Shown in pieces: positions 61,076 to 61,760 of a stretch of DNA of 61,760 nucleotides. The stretch lies in the IMG/VR virus record IMGVR_UViG_3300009610_000010, positions 1 through 61,760 of that record, one strand, 5' to 3'. The notes under the pieces were generated by a model, which was given only the letters and a program-made list of their open reading frames with translations, did not search any database and was not told where the DNA came from. Position numbers and translations under genes: made by a program. The number at the start of each line of letters is the position of its first letter. The first letter of the stretch is position 1. Origin of the DNA: a virus.

Positions 61076-61760
61076 TGGCCGCGCCGCTCTACAAGGTGCT
61101 TAAAGACGGCAAGTCGTGCAACGGCGGCACCATGCAATGGTCGTTGCCAGAGAACGGCACGCCCGGCGAGTGGCTACGCGTCGAGGGCGACTTGAAGATG
61201 TGCGAGCGTGGGATTCATCTCACGCGCGAGCCGTTCCGCTGGTGGGTATGGGGCGCTGATCTCTACGAGGCCGATGCGCCCGCGATCGTTGAAACGCGCG
61301 ATGACAAGGTGCTAGTGCGGGAGGCGCGGTTGCTGCGGCTACTGCCCAAGCCCGATTGGCTTTTGCGCACCGAGCGATTCGTGAGCGATGAGATTCCCTC
61401 AGTACCGTGGCTCAAGCCGGACGGCAATCCGCTTCCCGAATGGCGTATGCATCGGGGCAAAACTTGGGACGCAGCCGGGGACGCAGCCAGGGACGCAGCC
61501 AGGGACGCAGCCGGGGACGCAGCCAGGGACGCAGCCAGGGACGCAGCCGGGGACGCAGCCAGGGACGCAGCCGGGGTCGCAGCCGTGGACGCAGCCGGGG
61601 TCGCAGCCGGGGCCGCAGCCGGGGCCGCAGCCAGGGACGCAGCCAGGGACGCAGCCAGGGACGCAGCCGGGGCCGCAGCCGGGGTCGCAGCCGTGGACGC
61701 AGCCTGGGACGCAGCCGGGGACGCAGCCGTGGCTGCCACCGCTGGCAGCCCCGGGGCCCG
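61075..61760 (+). CDS. 5' part of the DAA-tetrapeptide-repeat protein (about 301 aa in total after wrapping to 343)
   Basis: TAATG start. Globular N-terminal domain, then ~25 in-frame x-D-A-A units. The frame stays open to the contig end. Confidence 0.7.
   Translation, partial: MAAPLYKVLKDGKSCNGGTMQWSLPENGTPGEWLRVEGDLKMCERGIHLTREPFRWWVWGADLYEADAPAIVETRDDKVLVREARLLRLLPKPDWLLRTERFVSDEIPSVPWLKPDGNPLPEWRMHRGKTWDAAGDAARDAARDAAGDAARDAARDAAGDAARDAAGVAAVDAAGVAAGAAAGAAARDAARDAARDAAGAAAGVAAVDAAWDAAGDAAVAATAGSPGA
61455..61730 (+). repeat. 12-nt tandem repeat array (gacgcagccRgg-type units; continues at 1..90 through the overlap)
   Basis: Visible periodicity. Encodes [W/G/R/V]DAA repeats. Confidence 0.9.
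61638..61760. repeat. Terminal overlap copy (identical to 1..123)
   Basis: See the 1..123 feature. Confidence 0.9.

Noticed and set aside
61455-61730. A regular short repeats array considered as a CRISPR array.
   Set aside because: The units are 12 nt and contiguous, with no spacers, and they are in frame within a CDS. No cas genes are present.
61263-61739. A 158-aa minus-strand ORF (AASLAASPAAS... repeats).
   Set aside because: It is the antisense reading of the 12-nt DAA repeat array. The plus frame connects to a proper TAATG start, a globular N-terminal domain and a C-terminal domain across the junction.

Overview
The window is one complete, circularly closed tailed-phage genome. Bases 1..123 are identical to 61638..61760, giving a unit length of 61,637 bp. 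It is high-GC and siphovirus-like, and the host is probably diderm (it encodes heptosyltransferase-like enzymes and an outer-membrane beta-barrel).

Layout:
- A rightward early operon of small genes chained by ATGA/GTGA overlaps (343..4583), including a RuvC-like resolvase.
- One very long leftward late operon (48.2 kb down to 4.7 kb). In transcription order: tRNA-Asn, TerS, TerL, a ~6.4 kb accessory island, portal, MuF/gp7-type head protein, XkdF-type protease, scaffold, major capsid protein, a GT9 glycosyltransferase, three tandem paralogs, a 1305-aa Gly-rich repeat fibre, connectors, major tail protein, G/GT chaperone with a U7 -1 frameshift site, tape measure protein, distal tail proteins, lysis candidates, a sugar-modification cluster, and an OMP moron.
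- A leftward early block of small genes (48.2..56.1 kb).
- A rightward recombination/replication block (56.6..61.1 kb): Erf, DUF1376-type replication protein, SLOG/DUF2493.

Observations most worth a second look:
1. The MuF gene carries an intein, and a homing-endonuclease-like gene (HTH plus Vsr/PD-(D/E)xK-like core) lies nested on the opposite strand inside it.
2. A TET/JBP dioxygenase + GT-A glycosyltransferase + ParB-like cassette sits between terminase and portal. I recognised no cytosine-5 methyltransferase anywhere in the genome.
3. Two GT9 (heptosyltransferase-type) domains, GT2 domains and three methyltransferase domains are present. One GT9 gene is wedged between the capsid gene and the repeat fibre, suggesting virion glycosylation.
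4. A perfect 66-bp inverted repeat encodes the same 22-aa peptide in the portal C-terminus and in a DAA-tetrapeptide-repeat protein.
5. Repeated intergenic elements and two odd tRNA-like genes.

Limits: all domain calls come from motif recognition by eye, with no searches run. Start codons are often ambiguous. High GC produces many long spurious antisense ORFs.
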